From contig CAUWIY010000006.1 in NCBI GenBank assembly GCA_963559065.1, positions 5,748 to 69,747 of the forward strand: 64,000 bases of DNA. Direction: 5' to 3'. Origin of the DNA: an uncultured Clostridia bacterium (GTDB lineage: Bacteria > Bacillota > Clostridia > TANB77 > CAG-508). Under the pieces are notes generated by a model. That model saw only the letters and a list, made by a program, of their open reading frames with translations, did no database searches and was not told where the DNA came from. A program made the position numbers and the translations under genes. Of this stretch, positions 51,401 through 61,298 are shown one piece after another (positions within the stretch are counted from its first letter, which is position 1; every line of letters starts with the position of its first letter).

Positions 51401-53256
51401 TCTTTATATTTTGTTTGTTCTCCCTCAAAAACAATTTCAATAATATTTCCATTTAAAGTTGCTTTTTTTATTTTTAACTCTTCTTCATCTATCAAATTAA
51501 CAGAATTAACTTGTATTTCTTGTATTTTTTCAGGTAATTCAATTCTTACTACTGGATTTTTATATAACTCATTTTTTTCATCCCTTGAGTGTAATACAAT
51601 TCTAAATTCAACATTATTATTTGATGTCATTGCTGACAATTCAGTTCTATTCATTTCTAAGCTTGCATATGTTTCTGTATCTTTAAGCTCAATAGTTGAT
51701 AAAACATCCTCATATTTATTTTGAATATCATTTAAAGTATAAGAACTTTTAAACACCATATCAATTTTATTGTTTTCTTTAATCACATTTTTTAAGTTCT
51801 TATTTATTGTTCTTGTTGTTTCCACTTGTATATTTCCCACTTTTTGTGGAGAAGTTATTTCAATTTTAATAGAATATACGTTTTCTGGATAAGTTATTAT
51901 AATATTTCCATATTCATCAGCTTCAGAATCTTTAGTGATACTTGCAATAACACTATCTGTATCTGCATTTTTAATTGTTAGTATTCCTTCATCTCCCAAA
52001 ATGTTTTGAATATTTTCTTTTCTCAATTTTGTTGTTTTATAAACAGATGAAATATTTCTATTATCTATAGTTAATTGTTTTTCTAATATAGAAATTTTTT
52101 CTGTAGTCCCAACTAAATTAAGTTCAATTGTATTTGTATATGTTATATCTCTTCCATATTCAGTATTTAATTTTCCTTTATAAATACTTGCTTCGTTCTG
52201 CATAATATCAAGTCTTATAATAGAGTCTTTTTCTTCGCTATCTAAAATAATTTTATTTTCTGCTTCTATTTGTGTATTTTTTGTATCATAAAGTTCTATA
52301 TTAGAAAAAGCTTCAAAAACTTGATTATCTATTTGAACATCTTTATCAAAAATATATGTAATTATAAACTCGTCTTGTCCATTTTTTAACCAAGATATTG
52401 TGTTATTATCTTGTTTATTTTCAATTTCAATATTTACCAGTCCAGTAGTCTCATCATAATTCCAATTATCTTTAGCCAACTTATTTCCATTTGTAACTAA
52501 ATTCATATTAGAATTAACAAAAACCTCTTCTGGATATTTATCTGAAATTTTAGGAGTTTGAAGTTTAATATTAGCTTTTTTTAATGGAAATGTATTATCT
52601 TTTAATCCTGATTTTACTTCTATTTGTATAATTCTTTTTTCTTGACCATTATAAGAAAGAATTTTATTTGTTATAACTTCTTGTGTTAATATTGAAGCAT
52701 TTTCTGGATTTACAAAGTTTAAAGTTACATTTCTATTTGAATTAATATCAATATCTTTTTCTTGTTGATTCCTATAAGTACCTTCTATACTTATACTACT
52801 TTCAGCATTTATACTGCTTATATCAATTTTCTCTTCTTTCTTTAGTTCAACATTTACTTGTATTTCTTTTTCTTCGCCAGCATTAATTTGGTTTAAATAA
52901 ATAATGTTATCTTCAATTTTATTAACAGCATCACTTAAAATATCTGTCTTTAATTTAAAGTTTGCATCATTTAAAATAATTTTACCATTAAAATACCCTT
53001 CTTGTTTTACAGCCACTTTAAAGTACAATGGTAAAGAATCTACATTTGTGTTTGCATCTATTTCTGTAACATTCTTCCCCTCTCCATCTTTAAAATAAGC
53101 CATAAACTCTACATTTTTATGGTTTGTAGCTTTATTAACATTAACAGCTTCTGCTGCATAAGAAATTGCATTAACACCTAGCAATAAAAAATTTGCAAAT
53201 GTTAATGTTGTTATTAATGAAATTGCTATAACCACTTTAAGAATTTTCTGTCTCAT
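48412..53256 (-). CDS. Giant (about 1615 aa) cell-wall-anchored adhesin-like protein with repetitive Ig-like/DUF11-like domains, a Cna-B (SdrD B-repeat-like) domain, and a C-terminal non-canonical sorting signal SIKTGE plus TM plus RKR tail
   Basis: Start reassigned to MRQKIL.. (SD TTAGGAGGtagtgtt ATG). The ORF-table start at 53325 lacks an RBS. GVAWLDANEDGKRDPDE..DKEGFYSLSGITEGEYVV. C-terminus LSIKTGEIVATIGITFLIVALAAVGIFAIVKIILRKRML. Sits 16 nt upstream of the 1384-aa gene, so probably an operon. Confidence 0.7.
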   Translation of the reverse strand: MRQKILKVVIAISLITTLTFANFLLLGVNAISYAAEAVNVNKATNHKNVEFMAYFKDGEGKNVTEIDANTNVDSLPLYFKVAVKQEGYFNGKIILNDANFKLKTDILSDAVNKIEDNIIYLNQINAGEEKEIQVNVELKKEEKIDISSINAESSISIEGTYRNQQEKDIDINSNRNVTLNFVNPENASILTQEVITNKILSYNGQEKRIIQIEVKSGLKDNTFPLKKANIKLQTPKISDKYPEEVFVNSNMNLVTNGNKLAKDNWNYDETTGLVNIEIENKQDNNTISWLKNGQDEFIITYIFDKDVQIDNQVFEAFSNIELYDTKNTQIEAENKIILDSEEKDSIIRLDIMQNEASIYKGKLNTEYGRDITYTNTIELNLVGTTEKISILEKQLTIDNRNISSVYKTTKLRKENIQNILGDEGILTIKNADTDSVIASITKDSEADEYGNIIITYPENVYSIKIEITSPQKVGNIQVETTRTINKNLKNVIKENNKIDMVFKSSYTLNDIQNKYEDVLSTIELKDTETYASLEMNRTELSAMTSNNNVEFRIVLHSRDEKNELYKNPVVRIELPEKIQEIQVNSVNLIDEEELKIKKATLNGNIIEIVFEGEQTKYKDEAIEGATLIINANLIANKKIASCTEQVKLTYTNENATRYANGNKNGEIIQDINIVSHVGVVATNQIADYGIEVVNNEGNKGAKLAVSSNSKKVDINKNIINNSENKITDVRILGLFPTHQSVENNNIDVEVGELSISGIDKNRVKIYYSENANATDNLQDVNNGWKETIENNKLVKKYLIVIDELQALEEIGVKYSITIPSNLEYNETAEEGYTVYYKDNNRLADKQVKLDNIELTTGIGASVETTLKAYVAGEENETVKEASFIRYEMKITNTGTEDATNVKVIGQVPDGATYVKIGKVDYGSNNYNAVIEDKDKKQVEVEIPLLKKGETFTGHYQVKVNENTEGKKLVNSVVTEYGEVSKKSNEVTTTVIPSNLKMTLSPVDDTGVIKAGYAYRYILLVKNISEEKLSDVKVELNKNLDVTTNIIPDVGVEVENNVATIKSMEPGEEKTIVLSITPKEFFTQDKKDTILLGKATIGEDVTFSNEVIRTIEGYNIELNVTSDNSGDYVKAGDTIKYKINVKNSGSTIINNLSILNEISSYTTLESIEKDGKKLSEGDYSLKQRKIEINTSLNPGESQEYVINVIVNVIPNNDEAIKITNLTSFRISGNEVKKEIIEHIMEPEAEKPDNGGGDNGNNNGDNNGDNGGQTDPDDDKNSKIITGVAWLDANEDGKRDPDETKLSGVTVKLFDAKNNKLAQNSDGKEITSVTDKEGFYSLSGITEGEYVVIFEYDMEKYILTTYQKEGVSEQYNSNAILRTLTIDGKEITIGSTDLIKITNSNVGNIDLGLQEAKTFDLKLDKFVNKVTVQNSKGTDVTEYTNSKLAKKEIDAKLINGTTVVVEYVIKVTNEGDVPGYARKIVDYLPSEFEFSSDLNTDWYRLKNDIYTTSLSNEKIQPGESKEVKLILTKKMNENSTGLIPNVAEIVDSYNELGLKDIDSTVNNHAKDEDDMSTAELILSIKTGEIVATIGITFLIVALAAVGIFAIVKIILRKRML

Positions 53257-53667
53257 AACACTACCTCCTAAAACAAAAAACTTTTTCTTCTTATATATAA
53301 TATTATTTATAGGAATACCTGTCAATAACCATAATAATATATATTTTTACTATATTACGGAAGCTTTTAAAAGAATATTATTACATTTATATTAATTTTA
53401 TATTTCATTATTATTTCAATATTCTAATAATTTCTTTTACATAATATCCCTATAATAGATTATACATTATATTGTCCTATTTTTCAATGGTTTTTAGCGT
53501 TTTTTATGTTTTTTTCTATTTTTTTACAGTTTTTTTGTTTACAGTTTTATTTGTTATATTATTTGCTGTTTTATCAAATAATTTTTAGTAACAATTTTTA
53601 ATTTAAAACATATACTAAATATATATTACATATATAAAATTAAATTTAATATATTATATTAGGGGTG

Positions 53668-54129
53668 ATGAAATTGAATTCTATGAACATAGACGAAAAC
53701 GCTATGAATAACATAAAAAATATGGTTGATAGTGGAAATATATCTGATGCCATTTCTCAAATTTCTCCAGAAATGATTCAAAATTTTTCTAAGATGTTTG
53801 CCGAGCAAAGTCAAAACAATACTGTCTCTCAGCCTTCTGCTAATAATGAAAGTTCAAACCAAACTAGCAATGATAATACAAATTCAAAAAGTAATGAATC
53901 TTTTAACTTAAACGGAATTGATATGAATACTATTATGAAAATGTCTTCTGCTTTTGGTAAAATGAACACAAAAAATGACCCTAGAGCAAATCTTCTAAAT
54001 TCTTTAAAGCCATACTTAAGAGATAATAAAAAAAATAAATTGGATAATTATATGAATCTATTAAATGTAAGCAAAATTGCTGAATTAATGAAAAAGAATG
54101 AGAACAAGGAGAATAATAATAATGTTTAG
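53668..54129 (+). CDS. Hypothetical Asn/Ser/Met-rich protein
   Basis: 153-aa low-complexity ORF, divergent from minC. Function unknown. Confidence 0.35.
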   Translation: MKLNSMNIDENAMNNIKNMVDSGNISDAISQISPEMIQNFSKMFAEQSQNNTVSQPSANNESSNQTSNDNTNSKSNESFNLNGIDMNTIMKMSSAFGKMNTKNDPRANLLNSLKPYLRDNKKNKLDNYMNLLNVSKIAELMKKNENKENNNNV

Positions 54130-54514
54130 GTTTCCATATTTCGGATATCCATATTATTATAACTATTATCCTAGATATCCTAAAAATACAAGTTCAAGTA
54201 CATCTCAAAATGTAAACATCAATAATGCTACTGATAATAGTATTGATATTCGAAATAAGTCCTTAAAAAATACTCAATATTCCAATATGCAAACAAACAA
54301 AAATGCTAGCATTACTACTAAAGAAAATTTTAGTAGTAATACTAGTAATTCTCGTTTTTCTAATTCCAAAGAAGATGTTCCTATATTTGAAATATTAGGA
54401 ATAAAACTATTTTTAGATGATATAATTATTCTTTGTATATTATTTTTTTTATATCAAGAAAAAGTTCATGATGAAATGTTATATATTATTTTATTCTTGT
54501 TATTATTTTCGTAA
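54122..54514 (+). CDS. Small Tyr-rich / Ser-Asn-rich protein with a C-terminal hydrophobic segment. Possibly a spore-coat or cortex-associated protein.
   Basis: SD AAGGAGaataataataat ATG. N-terminus MFRFPYFGYPYYYNYYPRYP. Confidence 0.35.
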   Translation: MFRFPYFGYPYYYNYYPRYPKNTSSSTSQNVNINNATDNSIDIRNKSLKNTQYSNMQTNKNASITTKENFSSNTSNSRFSNSKEDVPIFEILGIKLFLDDIIILCILFFLYQEKVHDEMLYIILFLLLFS

Positions 54515-54556
54515 TAAAATATTATTTTTAGATAAATATCTTAATTTAATATTTTA

Positions 54557-55168
54557 TTATTCTATAACTATTTTTTCATCTACAATACTAACATATGCTT
54601 GTTTATGCAGAATTTCTTCATCACGGTTAATTTCTTTTACTATATTTGAAATTCTGACTTGTACAGCATCTAAAATTCCAGCTGCAATAATTGCTTTTTT
54701 ATTTCCTTTTGCACCAGCATGTGCCAAACCTCTTAAAGTTCCTAATACAACGATATTATCAGAAGCAATTACTTCTGCTCCAGAATTAACATCTCCTAAA
54801 ATAACTATACTACCTTCTGTTTCCAACTTTTGACCAGACCTTAGTGATCCTCTATGGAATTTTGTTTCTGAAATAGCAACTTCTTGATTAAATGTTCTCA
54901 TTATGCTAGATAATCCTAATGTTTTTGGCATATCAAAATTAATTTCTACATCTATATTTTTTTGTATTAATTCCTGAATTTCATCAATTTCTTTATTTTT
55001 TAATACTTTTCCTACAACATTTATTGGTGTTTTTTCATCTTGATACATCTTTTTTAAATCTGGTAATTTTTTCTTTAAAGATTGAATTATATCTTTTTGT
55101 TCTGCATCTTCTACAATTTTAACTACAATCTTATCTTTTCTTAAATTTATACTAACACAATTTTTCAT
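54557..55168 (-). CDS. minC: Septum site-determining protein MinC
   Basis: C-terminal beta-helix dimerisation domain (ILGDVNSGAEVIASDNIVVLGTLRGLAHAGAKG). Confidence 0.85.
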   Translation of the reverse strand: MKNCVSINLRKDKIVVKIVEDAEQKDIIQSLKKKLPDLKKMYQDEKTPINVVGKVLKNKEIDEIQELIQKNIDVEINFDMPKTLGLSSIMRTFNQEVAISETKFHRGSLRSGQKLETEGSIVILGDVNSGAEVIASDNIVVLGTLRGLAHAGAKGNKKAIIAAGILDAVQVRISNIVKEINRDEEILHKQAYVSIVDEKIVIE

Positions 55169-55191
55169 TTAAACATCCTTACCTTTCTATA

Positions 55192-57315
55192 TTAGCGCAT
55201 ACTTTCCACATAAGCTTGAGCACTCATATCCTCATTAACATTTTGTGTATTCATACCAAAATATTCTGCCATAATCTCTCTAACAGCTTCTGCCGTATAG
55301 TTACCATGTCCACCATTTTCTACCATAACAACAACTGCAATTTCCGGATTTTCATATGGCGCAAAAGCAGAAAACCACGCATTTACTAATTGATTTCCAT
55401 TTTCATCATATCCAGCCTCCGCAGAGCCTGTTTTTCCGCCTACCGAAATATTAAAATCTTTAAATCTTACATATGCAGTTCCAGATTCACCACTAGTTAC
55501 TGATTTCATTCCCTCTTTAACCGCATGTAAATATTGCTGATTTAATGTAATTTCTTCTTCAGTATTATCTTCTGTTAATCCTAATTTTTGATTTACAAAA
55601 TTATTAATTTCTTCTCTTGGCACTTCACTTCCATCAGGATTTTGAACTGTTTTTATAATGCTTACATCTAACTTATTTCCACCATTTGCAACCATACTAA
55701 CATATTTAGCCATTTGTAATGGTGTAAATTTATTATACCCTTGACCTATAGCAGCATTAATTACATCCCCTGGTCTCCATGGTTGTCCTATTGATTCTGC
55801 ATATTCTTTACTTGCTAAAACCCCTGCTGTTTCTCCTGGTAACTCTATTCCTGTTTTAGTTCCAAGTCCAAAATATCTTGCATATTTATCCAAAGTATCT
55901 ATTCCCATCCTATCTGCTGTTTCATAAAAGAAATAGTTACAAGATTTTTCTATTGCTCCAATTACATCTAATAACCCATGTCCTCTATGATAATCCGTAT
56001 AATACCAGCACTTCCATGTTGCACCATATTTAGTATATTGACCAGTGTCATAAATTCTTTCTTTTAATGTAATATTTCCTGACTCCAATCCAGCTATAGC
56101 CGTTACCATTTTAAAAATTGATCCTGGTTCATACGCACTTTGAATTGTTTTATTTAACAAAGGATGAGATTTATTATTAGAATAGCTATTCCATTCTTCA
56201 TTACTAATACCATTTACAAAAGATTGTGGATTATAATTAGGATAGCTTGCCATTGCTAATACTTCTCCTGTTTTTACATTCATCACAACACAAGAGCCTC
56301 CAGTAGCATTATATACTGGTCCAAATCCTCCCCTTTTAATTTTTTCTATATTTGCAGCAAGTGCATCTTCTGCAATTTTCTGTAATTTAGAATCAATTGT
56401 TAAAACAACATTAGCTCCCGATACCGCTTCTTCTTCTGTTACTTCAGCAGTTATTGTTCCATCAACAGACATATCAATTTGTTTAGTTCCATCTTTTCCT
56501 TTTAAATACTCTTCAAAAACTGATTCAATACCTGTTTTTCCAATAATATCATTTTGATCATACTTATCTTTTCTAGTTTTATATTCTGTATCACTTATTT
56601 TAGAAGCATAACCCAAAATATGAGAAGCTAATGTCCCCTGGTCATACCTTCTAATAGGTTCTACTGAAATACTAACTCCCGGAAATTCATCTCCACTTTC
56701 ACTAAATTCAGCCACAGCTTCTCTCGGAATATCTTTAGCAATTGTAAGAGATTTTGTACTGCTATATCCTTCTTGTGAAATAGCATATCTTATTGCCATA
56801 ATTTTTCTAGCTTCCTGTATATTTTCATTACTAATTTTATATTTTTCTTTAAATATGTAAAAAGCTTGTTCTGCATTTGCATTTGCATTTTCATCTATAT
56901 CAAATTTTGTCTTCCAAGATTTTAAGCTTTCATCTGATAATTTATATTCAAAAGGTTCTACTGTAATAGGAAAATTATCAACATAACTAATATTGTATTT
57001 TTCCAAAACACTAATGATTTTTAGAATAGAATCATTTAATGTTTGAGTATCAATTTTACTTTTATATAATTCTAAATTAAATTTTTGACTTGAACTTACT
57101 AAACTATTTCCATAGCGATCCAAGATTTTACCTCTATCTGCTTTTAAAGTACTTTCACGAGTCAATCTTGTATTTGATTGTTCTCTATATTCTGCCCCAT
57201 GAATAATTTGAAGGTTAAATAATTGAACTATTAAAACAATACCTATAACATAAGTAAATATAGTCATTAAATTATATCTAAAATTAATGCTTTTTTTATC
57301 AAACTTACTCGCCAA
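55192..57315 (-). CDS. mrdA: Penicillin-binding protein 2 (elongasome transpeptidase)
   Basis: SxxK (SIFK), SxN and KTG(S) motifs (GGKTGSAE). Sits with mreBCD. Confidence 0.9.
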   Translation of the reverse strand: MASKFDKKSINFRYNLMTIFTYVIGIVLIVQLFNLQIIHGAEYREQSNTRLTRESTLKADRGKILDRYGNSLVSSSQKFNLELYKSKIDTQTLNDSILKIISVLEKYNISYVDNFPITVEPFEYKLSDESLKSWKTKFDIDENANANAEQAFYIFKEKYKISNENIQEARKIMAIRYAISQEGYSSTKSLTIAKDIPREAVAEFSESGDEFPGVSISVEPIRRYDQGTLASHILGYASKISDTEYKTRKDKYDQNDIIGKTGIESVFEEYLKGKDGTKQIDMSVDGTITAEVTEEEAVSGANVVLTIDSKLQKIAEDALAANIEKIKRGGFGPVYNATGGSCVVMNVKTGEVLAMASYPNYNPQSFVNGISNEEWNSYSNNKSHPLLNKTIQSAYEPGSIFKMVTAIAGLESGNITLKERIYDTGQYTKYGATWKCWYYTDYHRGHGLLDVIGAIEKSCNYFFYETADRMGIDTLDKYARYFGLGTKTGIELPGETAGVLASKEYAESIGQPWRPGDVINAAIGQGYNKFTPLQMAKYVSMVANGGNKLDVSIIKTVQNPDGSEVPREEINNFVNQKLGLTEDNTEEEITLNQQYLHAVKEGMKSVTSGESGTAYVRFKDFNISVGGKTGSAEAGYDENGNQLVNAWFSAFAPYENPEIAVVVMVENGGHGNYTAEAVREIMAEYFGMNTQNVNEDMSAQAYVESMR

Positions 57316-57330
57316 CTTTTCACCTTCTTT

Positions 57331-57867
57331 TTAAAAATATCTAGTTAAAATTTTATTTCCTTTGTATTCATTTTCAATTACATATCCAAACCTTTGTAAA
57401 ATTGGATATATGATGATTGTTATCATTATATTATAAATAACTTCTACAATTAAAATTCGAATAAATTGCCAAACCTCTACATTAGTTCCATACATAATAT
57501 AATTCATTATAAGAATAACTACTTCAAAAATAATTGTAGCTCCAAATACCATAGACATTATAGTCATTCTACTATCTTTAGAAAAATTTCTATCAAAAAG
57601 AATGGCTAAAAAACCAATCAATGTTAATCCTAATAAATTAGCACCTATTTTTTCACAAAATATTACATCTAAAAACAAACCAATAGATAATCCATACGCA
57701 ATCCCCATTATTCTATTTCCAAACAATCCTATCCATAGAATATAAATAACAAAAAGATTCGGCTTTATTCCAGCTATAGAAAACCAGCTAAAAAAATTAG
57801 ATTGCAAAAAATAAATTACAAAAGCTATAAAAATAAGTGTAATATTAATAAGAACTTTTTTCACCAT
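57331..57867 (-). CDS. mreD: Rod shape-determining protein MreD
   Basis: 178-aa polytopic membrane protein directly after mreC. Confidence 0.75.
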   Translation of the reverse strand: MVKKVLINITLIFIAFVIYFLQSNFFSWFSIAGIKPNLFVIYILWIGLFGNRIMGIAYGLSIGLFLDVIFCEKIGANLLGLTLIGFLAILFDRNFSKDSRMTIMSMVFGATIIFEVVILIMNYIMYGTNVEVWQFIRILIVEVIYNIMITIIIYPILQRFGYVIENEYKGNKILTRYF

Positions 57868-57910
57868 TTCACCTCTTCTTGATATGTTTATAATATAATT
57901 CTACAGTCAT

Positions 57911-58726
57911 TTATTTATTTGTAATAACTAAGACTGTATTTAATTTATCAAAATCTACAGCAGTTTCAACAACAGCATATCTATCCGTAATATTCTGAGT
58001 AGATACAATTGTTTTAATATTTCCAACATGAATTCCTTTTGGATATACCCCACCTAAACCAGATGTCTCTATGCTATCTCCTTGCACTACATTAGCATCT
58101 GTAGGAATATACATAGCCTTTAATTCCGAATCATTGTCTAATGTCCCTCTACAAATAATACTATCTTTGTTAGAACTCATTATACAGCTAACAGAACTAG
58201 CAGTATCTATAATTGTTCTTACTTTTGCAGTACTGTCTGTTACAGATAACACATATCCAACCAAACCTTCATCTGCTATAACTGTCATACCTTCGTCTAC
58301 TCCGTCTTTTTTACCAATATTAATAATAATTGTTTTTGAATAGTTGCTAATATCTTTATTTATAACATATCCTGGTACTGTTTTATACTCGCCATATTTA
58401 TCTGTTAAATTTAAATATTCCTTTAATGTTTCATTTTCTGATCTAATATTCTCAAGTTCTCTTAAGGATTGTTCTAACTCACTATTTTTTTTCTTCAGTT
58501 CTTCATTTTCTGTTTTTAAATTACTAACATCTGTAAAAAAAGTAGTATTTCCACTAATTTTATTTTTTAAATATGTCAAACCGTTTTGTATTGGCATGAC
58601 TAATGTAGTAGCAACATTCTCAAAAAAAGTAGTATTTACATCACGATTTGAAAATACAACAATTAATATCAAAACTATAATTGTAATAACAATTCCTAAT
58701 ACTCCTGATTTCTTATTTTTATACAT
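57911..58726 (-). CDS. mreC: Rod shape-determining protein MreC
   Basis: N-terminal TM, coiled coil, and a C-terminal beta-rich domain. Confidence 0.85.
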   Translation of the reverse strand: MYKNKKSGVLGIVITIIVLILIVVFSNRDVNTTFFENVATTLVMPIQNGLTYLKNKISGNTTFFTDVSNLKTENEELKKKNSELEQSLRELENIRSENETLKEYLNLTDKYGEYKTVPGYVINKDISNYSKTIIINIGKKDGVDEGMTVIADEGLVGYVLSVTDSTAKVRTIIDTASSVSCIMSSNKDSIICRGTLDNDSELKAMYIPTDANVVQGDSIETSGLGGVYPKGIHVGNIKTIVSTQNITDRYAVVETAVDFDKLNTVLVITNK

Positions 58727-58793
58727 ATAATCCCTCTTCCTCTAAATACTACGAGCTTCTTTATTTAAAAATTAATATGATAATTTCACTTTT

Positions 58794-59834
58794 TTATTTT
58801 CTTTTTCTTGAATTAATTAAAACTGTTTTTAGTCTTTCTAAATCTTCTAAAGTTTTTCCTGTCCCTCTAACTACACAATCTAATGGATTTTCTGCAATAT
58901 ATACAGGCATTCCAGTTTCAATACTTAACAATTTATCCAAATTTTTAATTAAAGCTCCTCCACCTGCAAGAACAATTCCCTTTTCCATAATATCAGAAGA
59001 TAACTCAGGAGGTGTCTTTTCTAGTGTTCCTTTTACTATATCTACAATTTTATAAATTGACTCTTCAATTGCCTCTTGAACTTGAGCTGATGTTATCTTT
59101 TCATTTCTAGGTAGTCCATCTACCAAATCTCTTCCTCTTATCTCCATTGACATTTCAGTCATAAGAGGCATTGCACAACCTATTTGCATTTTTATTTGTT
59201 CAGCTGTAGTTTCTCCAATTGCTAAATTCATTTCTCTTTTTATATAATTAGCAATATCTTCATCAAGTTCATCCCCTGCTATTCTTAAAGAATGACTAAC
59301 TACAATACCACCTAAAGAAATAACTGCAACTTCTGTTGTTCCTCCACCAATGTCTACTATTATATTTCCACTTGGTTCTGCAACATCTAAAGATGCACCT
59401 ATTGCAGCAGCCATTGGTTCTTCAATAAGATATACTTCTTTTGCTCCTGCTTGTAAAACTGCTTCTTCTACAGCTCTTTCTTCTACCTCCGTTATTCCAG
59501 AAGGAACTCCTACCACCACTCTTGGTCTTCCTATACTATATCTCTTTTCTACTTTTTGTATTATATTTTTAAGCATTAATTGTGTTGCTGTAAAATCAGC
59601 AATTACCCCATCTTTTAAAGGTCTTACCGCTTTAATTTGCTCTGGTGTTCTTCCTAACATCTCTTTTGCTTCATTTCCAGTAGCCATAATATTTCCGCTT
59701 TTTCTATCTATTGCTACAACAGAAGGCTCTTTTAAAACAATTCCCTTTCCTCTTAAAGTAACTAAAATATTGGCAGTTCCCAAATCAATACCAATATCTT
59801 TTGAACCAAAACTGAACAGTTTCATAATCTTCAA
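58794..59834 (-). CDS. mreB: Rod shape-determining protein MreB (actin homolog)
   Basis: DIGIDLGTANILV phosphate-1 motif and the actin-fold motifs. Confidence 0.95.
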   Translation of the reverse strand: MKIMKLFSFGSKDIGIDLGTANILVTLRGKGIVLKEPSVVAIDRKSGNIMATGNEAKEMLGRTPEQIKAVRPLKDGVIADFTATQLMLKNIIQKVEKRYSIGRPRVVVGVPSGITEVEERAVEEAVLQAGAKEVYLIEEPMAAAIGASLDVAEPSGNIIVDIGGGTTEVAVISLGGIVVSHSLRIAGDELDEDIANYIKREMNLAIGETTAEQIKMQIGCAMPLMTEMSMEIRGRDLVDGLPRNEKITSAQVQEAIEESIYKIVDIVKGTLEKTPPELSSDIMEKGIVLAGGGALIKNLDKLLSIETGMPVYIAENPLDCVVRGTGKTLEDLERLKTVLINSRKRK

Positions 59835-60009
59835 CCCTTTCTAATATAACCTACTATTATATTCTTGTATAAAATTTCTTATTTATTCTAAATTTTTATA
59901 ATTATAAAATTATGAGTCTTCTGTTTCTTTTATTTTTTTCTTAATTTTGTATATTTTTCCATTTTATCTTTAATTATTGTATAAATTTAATTTAAATATA
60001 ATTTAATTC

Positions 60010-60756
60010 TTACTCATTTTTATCATTAGATTTTTCAATTTTATTTTTTAAATCTTCTGCTCTTTTTCTTACCTCCATAAATACACTTTTAAAGCACATA
60101 TTGCCTATTACAACATGGTCTAACAGTGTAATTCCAAACATTTCTGCTGCATTATACAGCTTATCTGTTGTTCGTATATCAGCCTCACTTGGAGTTGGGT
60201 CTCCTGTTGGATGGTTATGTACCAATATCATTTTTGGAGCTTCTATTTTTATCGCTTCTGCTATAATATCTCTAATACTTATATTGGCAAAACCAACCGT
60301 CCCCAAAGAAATATTCATATTTTTTAAAATTTCATTTCTGTTATTAAGCAAAAATAATTTTACTATTTCTCTTTTTTCAAAGCTTAATTCTTGCATAACT
60401 AATTTTGCAAGTTCTTCCGTACAATGTATTTGTATTTTTTTATAATTTGATATTCTTGCCATTCTTATAGATAGTTCACAAACAGCTTTTATCTGTATTG
60501 CTTTTACTCTTCCTATACCCTTAACTTGTTTTAATTGTTCTAAACTTATATTTCTTAAAAAATTAAGTTCACCCATCTGTGGGTCTTGATTTAATTTCAT
60601 AATCTTTTGTGCTATTTGTACTGATGTTTCTTTTTTTGTTCCTGATTTAATAATTATTGCTAATAATTCCGCATTGGATAATGCTTTTTCTCCATATAAT
60701 TCTAATTTTTCATATGGTCTTTCCGTTTCTGGTAATTCTTTTATTTTTAATGACAA
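60010..60756 (-). CDS. radC: RadC-like JAB-domain protein (UPF0758)
   Basis: N-terminal HhH plus a JAMM motif (HNHPTGDPTPSEAD). Confidence 0.85.
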   Translation of the reverse strand: MSLKIKELPETERPYEKLELYGEKALSNAELLAIIIKSGTKKETSVQIAQKIMKLNQDPQMGELNFLRNISLEQLKQVKGIGRVKAIQIKAVCELSIRMARISNYKKIQIHCTEELAKLVMQELSFEKREIVKLFLLNNRNEILKNMNISLGTVGFANISIRDIIAEAIKIEAPKMILVHNHPTGDPTPSEADIRTTDKLYNAAEMFGITLLDHVVIGNMCFKSVFMEVRKRAEDLKNKIEKSNDKNE

Positions 60757-60810
60757 ATTAAAAACTTCCTTTCTTTCTTAATTTGTCCCACTTTTTAACT
60801 TTTTAATAAA

Positions 60811-61068
60811 TTATATTTTTTTATAAATAAATATAGCTAATATCATTCCTATAATACTTGCAATATTAATTTTAACTGCAAATCCAAATGTAATTCTTAA
60901 TACATTTAAATCTAGCATTATTGGATTTTCTAATCCAAATTCTTGCTCATACCCAAGCCACCAAAGCCACGGTACATTACCAGCTAATTTTCCTAATAGC
61001 CCCCCTATAACTAAACCTGATAATATAAATACTAATAATATCCAAAAACTCTTATCTTTTGTTGCCAT
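60811..61068 (-). CDS. DUF4321-like small membrane protein
   Basis: 85 aa with two TM segments. Typical companion of radC/maf in Clostridia. Confidence 0.55.
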   Translation of the reverse strand: MATKDKSFWILLVFILSGLVIGGLLGKLAGNVPWLWWLGYEQEFGLENPIMLDLNVLRITFGFAVKINIASIIGMILAIFIYKKI

Positions 61069-61226
61069 TCTTTTACCTCCAATTTACAATTTCTTACGGC
61101 TACCCATTTTTGATATTGATATTATACCTTGATTTTGTCCTTTTTTCAAGTAAATTATAAAATTTTATAACAATAAACAATATTGTTCATATATGAAATA
61201 TATTTAACTTATACTTCTTTAAAAAA

Positions 61227-61255
61227 TTGTCAAAATTTACAGCTTTTCATATAAT
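61227..61255 (+). promoter_or_regulatory. Sigma-A promoter candidate TTGTCA-17-TATAAT for mecA
   Basis: Near-consensus -35, 17-bp spacer, and a perfect -10, about 45 bp upstream of the start. Confidence 0.45.
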
Positions 61256-61298
61256 ATAAAAAGTAGTATAATAAATTTATAGTACAGGAGGTATCTAA

